DNA of 64,000 nucleotides from Mytilus trossulus (taxonomy: Eukaryota), in assembly GCF_036588685.1 (NCBI RefSeq), contig NC_086373.1:73842001-73906000 (forward strand), in the 5' to 3' direction. Of this stretch, positions 38,036-50,627 are shown one piece after another; within the stretch, counting starts at the first letter, position 1, and each line of letters opens with the position of its first letter. The position numbers and the translations under genes are program-made. The notes under the pieces are model-generated. The model made no database searches, was not told the origin of the DNA, and saw only the letters and a list, made by a program, of their open reading frames with translations.

Positions 38036-39654
38036 AATGGAAATTCATTTTCAGATACAATTTTGTAGACAAAAAATATTTTGTAACCGTATGAAAAAAT
38101 CTATAAGGTGAGTCTATAAGTACTATAGGTCGAAGGAAAGAATACCAGGCGTCTCCTCTACTCACCACTACCATTAATTGATCGAGGACAACCCCCACCG
38201 AGAGTCTTATTTTGCCGATGTCGACAAGTACATTATCCAATCAAAGCGTTCGTGTTTGTATGTATTTAAATCTTAAATTCGAATTTAAAAAGTAGAATTG
38301 TTTTGACAAGAACAATCGGCGTTATTGGTAACAAAGTAAATATAGTTATATATACACAAAAAGTTTAAAAGTCTTTAAAGTACCTGACAATACTTTAAGT
38401 ATGACGATGACAGTTTGAATATTACTGTATAGACTTTCAATTAATTATTTCTTACCTTTAGATTATTTCATTTACAAATCAATATTGAAATTGAGCAATA
38501 TAATTACGAAATATATCAAAATTTAAAAGATCATAGTTTGCAGATATGGAAAATTTGTTAAGGAGCTAGTTTTTTCACCAATAATTGAACATTTAAACTG
38601 GTTGAAAATGTCAAAGATCGAAAATGGTTACTACCCGAATTCAGTTTTTCCATATCAAAATGAATAAAACACGAAATATCTATTTCCAACTAAAACACTA
38701 CTGACACGCCCTGCATACATTTATTATTGTGGTTTTCTTGTATACTTCCGAGCGGAGCGAGTCGAAAAACATTTTGAAATAATTTCATTCTAAAAAATTC
38801 TATATCGTAATAAATTTAGACGATCAAAGGGGTGAGGCTCACGTCCTCTGTTCCCTCTCCTTGGTCTACCATAGCCAGTGGCAAGTACTTCAGAATAAAT
38901 TAAACAGCAACACAATGACATGTTCAGCGTTTAAGCCAATGATGCTACAGGGATTGCATATAAAAAGATAAAGTTGGTTATTACTAACCAAGAAAAAGCC
39001 ATTGAGTGGTTTAAATCGATAGCGTCCGGAATACTGATTGAGTATTACTTAACTCCGGATGAAAATTTCCAAGCCAAATGTTCTCTATATAACGGTAGAA
39101 CTGCAAACATCGGATTTTACAATTATTACCCAAAAGGTCTACTTAAAAAATCAGAGAATTTCAATTTCAAAGATCTTTTTTATATTAGTGTATAGAAATT
39201 AAAAAAATATATGTTTATGGGATTTGTCTCATTTTTAAAATAATTGCGTATTAAATAATATCAGTTAATATATACCGTATGGATATACAGACAGGTTTGT
39301 TTTTTTAAATAAACACCATGGTCAAGTAAGAGCTGGAAATAAATAACCCTGCATAAGACAGGATTGAAATGAATATTCTGCAACACAAAATGCTTGTACA
39401 AAAGTCACACAAAAAATGTGGAAACGCGAATAAATAAGCATTCGTATAATGCAAGTCCGAAAAAAACATCTCCGGATTCCCCAACTCAAGAATATCAAAT
39501 GTTCGTCTCTTAAACATTTGTGAAATGACATTTTCAAAGATGCTCCAGTGATACCGTTTTCATATATTTCTCATTTTAGTACAGCAGGTTTGATCTAAAT
39601 GACATTATAATTACCGGGGTCGTATTAGGAATAGCTTTAAAAAAATGAAAATGA

Positions 39655-40183
39655 CTTAGACCACTGAACCATGAAAATGAGGCCAAGATCAGATGTAACC
39701 TGTCAGTTGGCATGTACAATTTACAATCGTTCCGTTCACCAAATATACTCTAGATCTATTGTGGTATCTAAAATATGAACTTGACCACCAAAACGACTTA
39801 AACGTAACCTTATTCACTCATCCATGAACTGATGAGGTCGATGTCTAGTATAAACTGTCTTACGGACACGAAGACCTTGCAATGTACCCACATATCAAAT
39901 ATAGTTATCCTATTACACATACTAGTAGTAAAAGAGAAATTAGTATTACAAACAAAAAGTCTTAACTTTTTCCAAGTAGTCACTAAACCATGAAAATCAG
40001 GTCAAGGACAAAGAACATGTAAAAGACAGAAACTTCGTAACATAAGTCATCTATATATAAAGTATGAAGCAACCAGGTCTTCCACTTTTTAAAATATAAA
40101 GCTTTAAAGAAGTTAGTTAACGCCGCTGTCGGTCACTATCCCTATGTCGAGTTTCTTCGACAAAATTCGCAGCCTCGACAAAA
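39655..40183 (-). mobile_element. HINE family C, truncated copy
   Basis: Collinear with 37560-38035, including TCACTATCCCTATG and CTCGACAAAAA. Confidence 0.7.
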
Positions 40184-43100
40184 ACTACTTAAAAAGATTA
40201 TTTTCAATCGCACAGGATAAACCCATATGCATTGTTTTTATAAATATTTAATATTGTACTAATTCTAATCTTATTTTCTATACAATATGCTTGGATAGTG
40301 TTTCTAAAACCAAACATTACAAATAAATACTTTCCGAAGGCCATATCAATTTAAACGTATTGTCTTTTGAAAACACTGGCTAGCTGTCAAATCTTTGCCA
40401 ATAGACTTTTTTTATATATATAATCTTTTATCAAACATGAAGAAAATATTAAAATAAAAATAAAAATTTCGTAGTTTCCATGAAAAGTACATGAACATGG
40501 CCAGCCTAATGAAATTGAACATATTTTTATGCTGTTTAGTTCGTTCTATGCATGCATACGTGTATTTAATAATCTTGATCTTCACTATTTGTCGAAAGGT
40601 CATTGTTTTAAGTTGAATATTAATGTAACGTTCAGTGCAGAAACATGTTGTCAATGTTGAGTACTTTAATTCTTTATAAAAGAATTAATTGGTTTTTTTT
40701 TGTAATAAGACAACTAGAGTAAGTATCAATCTTCGCAGTGAATATATACTAGAGAGCTTCTGACAATACTGAAGATAATAATATATAAATGCGTGTGTGG
40801 TGAACAATGAAAACCTAAAATAAAATCACACGCTCAGCTCATTTTCTTTATATAGATATTGCATAACCATTTTTAGCTTGTTTGCTGCCCTCGCTCATCT
40901 TGATCTATGTGAACTGATTTTATAACTCTATTCAACCTGAGTTCAGTGGGTGAATCGAAGAAGGCCAAGGAGGTGACCATGAATACATGGAGTGAGGTCA
41001 AGGAAAAACATGAGGCCATCGAACGCTGTTTATCAAAGAAAAACCTCATCACATACTAGAAGACATGGTAATCCTACGGATGGCGGAAAGCAAACAACCA
41101 CTGGATTTACTACAGGCTCATGGCTTGACTGACATACATAGCAGAAAATGCAAAAACGCAAAGAAATGGCAAACAATTCACTAGGTCATGTTCATTTGTT
41201 AAAGTATACAAGATAAACTATTGTATTTTTTAGATGGGTAACAACTCTTTAAAGTTTGTTTTTCAGTTTCGATTTTATGCACAATAAGTAGATACCAACA
41301 TGCAGAACATTCTTGCTGCGAGTTTGTTTCTGATGAAGTTTTTGTTAAAGTTCACATATTAAGTGACGTTTTGGATCAGATAAGCTAAAATATGTTTGAA
41401 AAGGCCCAACTTATTTACACTATAAACATGTATATACAATGTACATTCAAACAAAAAAATCCCCAGAAGTCCTACAGAGCCTGCTTTGCACACTTGCATT
41501 AATGTCATCTTTAAAAATGGCTGCTCTACAATATAAATTGAATGTCCTTCAACTGACACTGTTCTCTGCTTTGGTCGGGTTGTTGCTTCTTTGACACATT
41601 ACCCATTTCCAATGAAAACATATATGTTAATTATGCAAAAGCAAATGACTCATTCAAACCGGATTAAAGCCAGTTAATTTTTGAAATACAAGATCATGAA
41701 ACGGCTTACTAAATATCATTGACTTATCTAAGAAGTTTGCCTTAAATTGACCTTTAAACAAGCATGTGAAACTTACAAAAGTGTCAACGTGAATGATCAC
41801 GACTATGGGAATGAGATGTGTACATGCATAATGGTTAAACAACTGCCTACCAAGTATCGTTGGTTTACCATTCGAACATTCATGTTTTTTCTTAAAATGA
41901 CCGGATCACAAACTAATAAATTGTTGAAGCAACAGCGGGCAACGGTACATGTATATCAAGGTCTTGCTTTTTGACTCAATCAAGGTGAGATAAAAATAAT
42001 AATTCTGTGAGGAGTTACTGGCAATTTATGACATTGATTTTCGTTGATTTAGTCTTGCTTGACATTTTGGCTCCAAGTAGTTTTTCTAAATCTACAGGTG
42101 TTTGCCAAACATACAAAAACAGGTAAATATGACCATTTTAAAGCAAGAACTCCCAAGAGGAATTCGACTGTCAATAAAGTTTATCTGTATCTGTTATAGT
42201 TTACAATATTCCAGATAAAAATGCAACATATTGGGTGTTAATTGATGTTATAAGGCCTATTTGAGGATCTAGTCTTGCTGATCATTTTTTCTTTTTCCAT
42301 TCCACTAAATTGTATAAAAAACGGTAACAATCACTTTGAAAGAACAATAACTTCTATAAAGAGATCTGTCATCATGATGATATAGTTTGAAGATTTTGTT
42401 ATGCAAATTTTCTCTTTCTCTATTTTAAAAGGCAAAATTGGAAAAAAGGTAAAGACAAGAATTCTACCAATTTTGGTGACAATCTGCTTCAGAAAGATTT
42501 TCTATATCTGGTTTTATATGCAATTGTTTTCAAAGCTAATCATTGCTAATGACAGCACCCATGGCAAGTTTTACCACTCAATATACTATTTTTTGAACTG
42601 AGTTTAACTGTGCATATTGTTTTGTGTTAGTTTAATCTACATGTGCTAGAGGTATTGGAGCTCAATGAGGATTGAGATCTCACAAAACATATTAAGGAAT
42701 CTGATGTTCAGTAGTTGTCACTTAATGATGTGGTTCATAAGTGTTTCTTGTTTCTTATACAGATAAGACAGTTGGTTTTCCTGTTTGAATGGTTTTCCTC
42801 AAGTCATTTTTGGGGCCCTTTAGTTTATAGCTCCCTGTTGAAGACCATACTTTGACCTTAGTCATATAATGGTTTACTTTTACAAATTGGGACTTAGATG
42901 GAGAGATGTCTCATTGGCACTCATACAGTATTTTATATCTACAAACCTGCCACATTTTTGCACCAGTCCCCAGTCAAGAGCCTATGGCCTTTGTTAATCT
43001 TGTATGCTTTTTAATTTTGGTTCTTTTATGTTTTGTCACTGAACTAGTTGAAGGCCGTACATTGACCTATAATGGTTTACTTTTTTAAAATTGTTATTTG

Positions 43101-43385
43101 GATGGAGAGTTGTCTCATTGGCAATCACACCATATCTTCCTATACCTAGTACACATTTTTGTTTAGGGGCTAGCTGAAACTGCCTCCAGATACAAGATTT
43201 TCTCACTGTGTTGAAGCAACTGTTTCCTGCTTTAGTCTGGTTATTGCTTCTTTGACACATTTCCCACTTCCATTCTCAATTTAAACCTAATAATCATTAG
43301 CTCAGTTATAAACAGATTATTAAGATGGACAATAGATTATAGAAGCCAAGTAATTGCAAATATGGTTTCGTATTAACACTGAATA

Positions 43386-43590
43386 CTGTAAATTCAGAAA
43401 TTATTGTATGCATTTATTATTGCGATTTTGTCATTTTAGACTAAAATGCAATTTAAATTTTTGTGATATTCAGAAGAATCCTTTTTGATTCATATAAAAA
43501 TGTCAATATGCGAGTTTTAATCATTGCGATGATAACCCTGTCCAATTTTTCGCAATAATAAAAACATCTCAATAATTTCTGAATTTACAG
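43386..43590. mobile_element. MITE, Tc1/mariner-type with TA TSD
   Basis: Perfect 21-bp TIRs CTGTAAATTCAGAAATTATTG / CAATAATTTCTGAATTTACAG flanked by TA on both sides. Confidence 0.8.
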
Positions 43591-46317
43591 TATATATTTT
43601 TAAGGCTATACCATTATTAGTTTGGCTCCTATAAAAAGAAGATAATTATATGTTGTGTCATTTTAATATACATATTTTTGACTTCATTACACTTCTGTTA
43701 ATATAAAGATACAGAGTCACTGTTACAAAAATGAGTTTCATCAAGTTAAAAATCTGCAGGATTTTTGTCGTTTTTAAAAAACAAAAATGTGTAAGGATTT
43801 GACAGTCTAGTTTCAAACAAGTAAACATCACACTTCAATTGAACAATATAAGAAAGATTGCAACAGAGCTATTTACAATATTTATAAATCCTGATTTTTC
43901 TTTTAAACAAAATTTGTATATATACAAATAAAAAATATGTTTAAAAATATTGGTAAAATATAAAATAACGACTTAAAAAAACACAAATAACATATAAAAC
44001 AATTCACATTCATACATGTATGCACTCACAACCAATACTCTTACACCATGTGCCATTCTCTGCATTACATGTAAGTTACATAATATAAATTAAGAATAGT
44101 GTGTTAACCACCCTTACCAATAAACATGATAAAAGCTCCTTAAGTTTAACTTTGAATAGAACAACCACAGAACTGGAACTTCTCAGCATTGACTAGATAT
44201 AAAAGTCTCATTGAAGCTTTCACCCAAAACTGAACAGGATAAAATTACACATAGTTAAAAGGTTCTGTGATATAAAAAAGAAATGTGAATTAAAAAAAAT
44301 ACATTCTAACAGTTCTAATAAAAATGCAGAGAATGACACTAAAAGAACAATACAAAAATATTTTAAAGTAAAATAACAAGACAATTGCTTAAACACTGTC
44401 ATTTCTAATATAACCAGATTAAAACTGTTTTGGTTAAAAAGAATTTTGAAATAATTCTAATGTACTGTTTATATTAAAAAAATGATAAAAATAAAAATTG
44501 TGATATTTCTCTTTTCTAATACATTGAGTAATATATTATAACCACCCTTTTCCCCATACATCATGATCGTTTTACAATATTTTTTTATTAACAGGTTTAA
44601 AGTTAAATTTACAGTACAAATCAAAGAAGCATTACACTACACACATCATCCCTCATGCACATGTATGACAAGAATTTATAGCAATGAACATTATTTATAA
44701 TACTGATGGACTAGTATATTTTAAATCTGCTGTCATACTTCCAGGAACCTTTTCACCAAACACATTTGTACTTTATGTGTAAAACATCTGGACCCAGTTG
44801 TTGAATGTATTGAACCACTAAAGAAATTCCAATGAATTTTGTTTAAAATGCAAACAGTGTTGAAAAGCAAAGCACAACTCATTGCAACAAAATGTCAATT
44901 GACCTTGACCTTTGGTAGTGATCTTGTGGGGGACAGTTTACCCAGCCCTTTTCCTTTTCATCCATTTTTATTGAAAATGTTTGTTGCAAGAAACGGTGGA
45001 CAATTATACCTGCAACACAAACTTGTCTGATCATAATAAAATAATGTTATGAATGATTTTTATATCAATACTGATTAATCAAAGACAGTCATTATCACAG
45101 ACCAAAGACTAAGTATAATTCCACTGCACTTCAATAAAGCAAGTGAATAATTAACCTCCACAAACTTACCTAACAGTCATGACAGTAGCAATATGTTTTT
45201 ATTGACCCAGAGTATATTACTTTGCCATTAAGCATTATTTATTGATATAACAGACATGCCCACCCACAAGACATGTAATCAACTATTTGACTGTGAAATA
45301 TCCCAAGGAATTAATTACATCCAAAACTACTTCTCTCATGATAAAGACAGAACCCAGAGAATATATGTTCAATTAATCTGATACAGGTCAGAAAAATCAA
45401 TGACCATAATTCTACTTCCTCACCATATCAATGGCAAAAAGTTTGAAATCATATAGCCAGTGTAGCATAAAAAAGTAATAGAAATATAGTTTGAAATCAT
45501 GTCCTTTTAACTCTTCTATAGAAATATCAAGTTTAAATATGGTTGACTCAATACAATTTGTATGACTGTATTCATTGCATCTATATGCTTATTAATAAAA
45601 GTAATTAGGCTATAATATTTTAAGTATACTGAATGCTTTGTGATTGCATAATAAAGTATGCAAATGTACACCAGTTACATTTTTTTATGTCAAATTATTT
45701 GATGTTTTCTCAATCTATTTTATGAAAGAGTTACCAAAACATGAACAAAATGTTTATGAAATTCTGGGGATGCATTAATTATTTACCTCAAATATTAAGC
45801 TACTAAGTACTTTCAAGGACATCCAAAAGTCATTGCTAAAATTGTGAACTGGTATAGTATACATGGTATATATGTAAATGCAATAGCAACTTAAAACACG
45901 CGATAGTACACACTTCTATTTATATCTCAAGATAAAAACATGGCAGTGAGAAGTAGAACAACACAACAACACACAACCTATAAATATATATTATGTCCAT
46001 ATCAACCAAATTTCAAAAATGATTAAAATTGTACTCAATTGTTTTATTTCTTCAATAGTTCATGTCTTTAAACTATGGGATTAAATCTCAGTTTCTGACA
46101 GTGTGTTTATTTAGAAAAAAAGTTAGAATGATATGTGAGATTTTGAAAGGGATGTGCATTTATGAAAAGCTTTACCTGAGTATATTTACATCTCAAAATG
46201 TATGTATGAAATGTACCCAAGAAAAAGTACCCTATATAAAAAGCATATCCATGCTTTCCAAAAAGAATAATATATAAAGTAACATAATATTTGTTAAATT
46301 AAAAAAATCTCTTTTTA

Positions 46318-46471
46318 CAGTCTGCACAGTTAGCCACTAGTCCGATGCCCCAGACTAGTAAAATTTCATTCGGACTAGTAAGTTTTTGCAAAATTTTGTT
46401 TGGCCCAATAAGAAAAATGTCAGAATATTGGTCATCGGACTAGCAGTTGAAAAAGTTTTTGGTGCAGACTG
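46318..46471. mobile_element. MITE downstream of DYRK2 (probably within its 3'UTR)
   Basis: TIRs CAGTCTGCAC / GTGCAGACTG, internal inverted CTAGTCCGATG / CATCGGACTAG, flanked by TTTTTA on both sides. Confidence 0.7.
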
Positions 46472-48130
46472 TTTTTAAAAACAAAACAATATCTGTGAAA
46501 GATAAAAATAATACAAATAAATAAATAAAGAAGGATTTTCCTCAATAAAAACAGCTGTATTAAGCACATCCCAATTCGGCAATACACAAACTTATTACAA
46601 AATGTTTCATTTTCAAAATTTTGATATATTTTTTTGTTGTATTTAAAAAAGATTGACCGGCTTTAGTATAATGAAATGTTTATTTTTTTTTACCCCCCTC
46701 CCCCTTTAATTACTGTTCATACGGAATGGCTTTGCTCTAAACACTAAGTCACAAATACATATTGAATAGGAATGGAGGTTACTTGTTGGTCAAATGAAAA
46801 TGTATGTTTAATTAATACTTCCCTACTTAGTTCAAATATGCACAGATATTGATTTCTAACCTCAGTACCTAGATCAATATGTCTGAATTCTGGTCTTGTT
46901 ACTCCTGACCTGTATATCTTTGACAGGCAGTTTGTGGATATGATATAGACAGTAATGCCTTTGGGGGATATTATTAACCTTACTGATGAAAAACAGTTGT
47001 GTATTTACAGGCACATATAAACAAGCAGTGGTAGTTTGGCAACAGTGAATCATTATTGGATTTTAAAAAAAAAATGATTTTGATCTATTAACAATTACTC
47101 TTCCAGACTGGCCTCTCATTTCTTCAATGATTCTTTTCTAATTTTTTTTTAAAGGAATAACCAAAATTAAACATTTCAATCCTATTCAAAAGCTAACAGT
47201 ATACAAGGTATGTTTAATAAAGCCAAATATTTCACTGCATTTTTATAATTTTGTATGTTATCATTTGAGGAAATACCTAGTAAAGTATATCTGGGGAAAA
47301 TTAAGCTAATTCTTTTCAAAAAATCACATTTCAAAGTTTCCTGGGTCAGGTTGACAATACTAAGTTATGATTACACCAACATATTAAAAAATAAAAATAC
47401 AAAATAGGTTCAATTAAGACAGTGGTGTTTAGTTACAAAATGACAATACTTGTTTTGTTTGTTATTTAAATTTTCTCTATGCATGTAGTGACAACAACAT
47501 TTCTTTTATTCAGGAAGTTATACAGAATAATCTGGGTTTTTCTTTTTCACCAAAAACATGTTGATCACCTCAATACATATCATCATAATCCAAAATATTT
47601 TTATAAATGAGATATTAAAAGAAAAAAAAAGAGCCTTATTCTGAGACAAGACATTCAACAATAAATTATTAATTATCAAAGTAGCACTCACAGTACATCA
47701 CATGGTTTCAAATAAATACAGCCTCCAGTCAAAATGTTAAAATAACAATGCTGATCACAGAAAGGCTTATATTGAATAAAAACTCCTGGATTTTTCTGAT
47801 GAAGCACATCTCTCAACACTATCCAAAGACTCAACAAGTAAAAGAAAGAGTTTCAGTTACTATATCATTTGCATGCACACACACGAATATATATACGGAC
47901 ATAAATACTCCAGACTTGTTCAGTTATTCTAGTGCATATAATATACTTGAAGACTTTCAACCTTGAACAGAATTTGGCTTTCCAGAATATAAAGTGAATC
48001 ACACAATCATTTATTACTGAACATCAGGCAATAAATTTAGGGTGCATGATGATCTGTTAAAACACTAGATCAAGAAATTTTGGACGGCAATTCACAAAAT
48101 TTGCATCACAATACTTGTAAACGATAATCT

Positions 48131-49843
48131 CTACGTTGTTGATCCTATTTGTGGCAGTTTTGTTCGAGGGGGCATCGGAGCCGACATTTCATCATAAGTT
48201 ACTGGGTTTCGCCCTTTGCTACTTGAATTTCCACTTTGTGGACCTTTTGAAATTATTACACTTGCAGTATTAGCTGTTGATGTCTTCCTTCGTGAAGCAG
48301 AGTCGGTTCTAATTTCATTTGGTGGTGGTTTTGGCAACCTTCTTCTCAACCACGGATGTCGTAATGCCTGACCTGGGGTCATTCGGGTTGATGGATCCCA
48401 ATCTAAACATCTCTTCATAAAATCAGAAAACAACGGATCTTCACATCCTTTCAATGCAGTTACCAGATCTTTACTATTTGGAGGACCTCTAGGTTTTCCC
48501 CTTCTTGACCGTCCACCATTCAGTACAGTGCTGCCATCGGGTAATGTTGTAACTGTACAGTACCTTGGATACCCTTTTGAACTGATAAAATTACGAGCTC
48601 TCTTTGACTGATCTAATAACTTTTGGGGTGGCATGCCATTCAATTCAACAATGCAAGCTAATTGATCACCTTCATCTTCTCCTGGAAACATTGGATATCC
48701 AGTTAACAATTCTGCTAAGATACATCCTAAACTCCACATATCTATAGGCATTCCATACTTTGCACCGAGAATCACTTCGGGTGCTCTATAAAACCTAGAC
48801 TGAATGTATGTGTATATACGTTGATGTTCATAACAACTTGAACCAAAGTCTATTACTTTAATTCCACTACGACCCTGCTGTTTCAAAAGAATGTTCTCTG
48901 GTTTAAGGTCACAATGAATGATTCTATTTTTGTACAATGCATCTAAACACTGCAAAATTGAGTGAGCAAACTTTCTAACTAGTTGTAAACTGAATCCCTG
49001 GAATTTATTTTTCTTAATGAGTTCATACAAGTTCATACTAAGTAATTCAAATGTAATACAAATGTGATTACGGAATGAAAAATGTTCTAACATATGAACT
49101 ATGTTCATAGTATTGTCCTTGTCTTGCTTTTTAAGGTGCTCTAAAATTCTAATTTCTTCTTGTGCTTGTCGGTGAAAGCGTTTTTCATTACGGACCATTT
49201 TTAAAGCAATGTGCTGAGCTACTTTATGATCATAAGCCTTTACTACTTGACCGAAGCTACCTTTTCCTATTACTTTTAATACTTCATACCGATATGCTAT
49301 ATGATCATGTGGCACATGAATATAGGAGCCTTGATCATCATCATAACCATTATTGTTTGCACCTCCTACAACACCTTGCCTTTTCTTTGCATTTTGTCCC
49401 ACGAAAAAGACAGACGGAAAATTAAAAATTTCATGATGCTCAAAAGATGTCAATTTATGCATAAACTGTTTCATTGCCGATTCTGGACTCCATGCAGTGT
49501 TACGTCGCGCTGCGGAACCACCTTTGCTCCCAATACTTCCTGCACTTGAACTAGGACGTGCTACAACATTGGAATCTTTAGATGAATCTCCTGTATGCTG
49601 TCCATGATGTTTTGAATGCGAGTGATGTTTGTGGTCTTCATATAACTGCTGCACCTTCACCCCACTCGCTATGTGGGCACTATGGGCACCACCACCCCCT
49701 ACAGTTTGACTTGTAAGGGGTGGTAAATGTTGGGCTGCATCTATTGTTGTTTGATGAGAATACATATCGCCAGTGGTCAGCATGGACCTTGTTCTTTGAA
49801 CCGAGAGTGGTTGAATTGGCAGGGGTTTGACTCGTGTCGACAT
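48131..49843 (-). CDS. DYRK2: Dual-specificity tyrosine-phosphorylation-regulated kinase, class 2 (DYRK2/3-like), 570-aa uninterrupted ORF
   Basis: NAPA region ([16 protein letters not shown]), DH box ([21 protein letters not shown]), [19 protein letters not shown], activation loop [19 protein letters not shown] insert and RRRLPKPP after the kinase domain. The true start Met is uncertain. Confidence 0.97.
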   Translation of the reverse strand: MSTRVKPLPIQPLSVQRTRSMLTTGDMYSHQTTIDAAQHLPPLTSQTVGGGGAHSAHIASGVKVQQLYEDHKHHSHSKHHGQHTGDSSKDSNVVARPSSSAGSIGSKGGSAARRNTAWSPESAMKQFMHKLTSFEHHEIFNFPSVFFVGQNAKKRQGVVGGANNNGYDDDQGSYIHVPHDHIAYRYEVLKVIGKGSFGQVVKAYDHKVAQHIALKMVRNEKRFHRQAQEEIRILEHLKKQDKDNTMNIVHMLEHFSFRNHICITFELLSMNLYELIKKNKFQGFSLQLVRKFAHSILQCLDALYKNRIIHCDLKPENILLKQQGRSGIKVIDFGSSCYEHQRIYTYIQSRFYRAPEVILGAKYGMPIDMWSLGCILAELLTGYPMFPGEDEGDQLACIVELNGMPPQKLLDQSKRARNFISSKGYPRYCTVTTLPDGSTVLNGGRSRRGKPRGPPNSKDLVTALKGCEDPLFSDFMKRCLDWDPSTRMTPGQALRHPWLRRRLPKPPPNEIRTDSASRRKTSTANTASVIISKGPQSGNSSSKGRNPVTYDEMSAPMPPRTKLPQIGSTT

Positions 49844-50070
49844 TTTCCCCCCTCCTGATTGTTTATGACCCTGAGATTTTGCCTGGAGACCAATTTTGTC
49901 TTCATTTGTTAATCATTCAATGATCTCACCTCAAATTTGTTGTTTACATGGTCAATGGAATGTAGAATTACTGTCTGGCATCAAATTATATCCCAAAAAC
50001 ACATCTGTTGCTATTTTTTAAGACAGTATGGAGGATCGGTTGCCAAGCACGACCCAGTTGTGCAGTGTCT

Positions 50071-50100
50071 ATGACGTCATGGAAACTGTGGTCACATGTG
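50071..50100. promoter_or_regulatory. Perfect palindromic CRE (ATGACGTCAT) plus E-box palindrome (CACATGTG) ~230 bp upstream of the DYRK2 ATG
   Basis: TGACGTCA at 50072-50079 and CACATGTG at 50093-50100, in a local GC-richer island bordered by very AT-rich DNA. Confidence 0.5.
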
Positions 50101-50559
50101 CACAGAAAAGAAATCGATATATTTTACTAGTAATTTTTACAAAACGAAACATACGAATATTTATTTGGATAAGATAAATATCAATATTGAAATAATGGAA
50201 ATATAATAAACAAATCATGAACATATATTATTGGAATATATTTCTCCCAGAATATATGAAGAAAAATTCTTTAAGCCTACTTAGGTAATTGTAAAAATTA
50301 TGTATCATTAAATCAGGACTTCATGGTACCGTTTATTGCAAAAATTCTGGGAGTCATTACAGTATAGTTTTTAAAAATGCAAACTCAATATACACAGGAG
50401 TCAAGAAACATACAATGTATGAAAAATAAAAGATTAAAACTGGGACCGTTATACTATATAGTACATTTGTGAAATCATTTTAAAAATATCATAGATCTAG
50501 ATCACAGTATGCATTTATGGAAATTTACTATATCCAGATTGAAATGACTGTATCATATC

Positions 50560-50627
50560 CAGGGACTTTCTATATCTATATACTAGTATAAAAAAAATTA
50601 TGCAAATACTAGTATAGAAAGTCCCTT
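50560..50627. mobile_element. Minimal 68-bp MITE
   Basis: 14-bp perfect TIRs AGGGACTTTCTATA / TATAGAAAGTCCCT, flanked by direct repeat TCATATC (50553-50559, 50628-50634). Confidence 0.7.

Noticed and set aside
49162-49549. Two + strand ORFs
   Set aside because: Antisense shadows of the DYRK2 coding sequence with no recognisable features.
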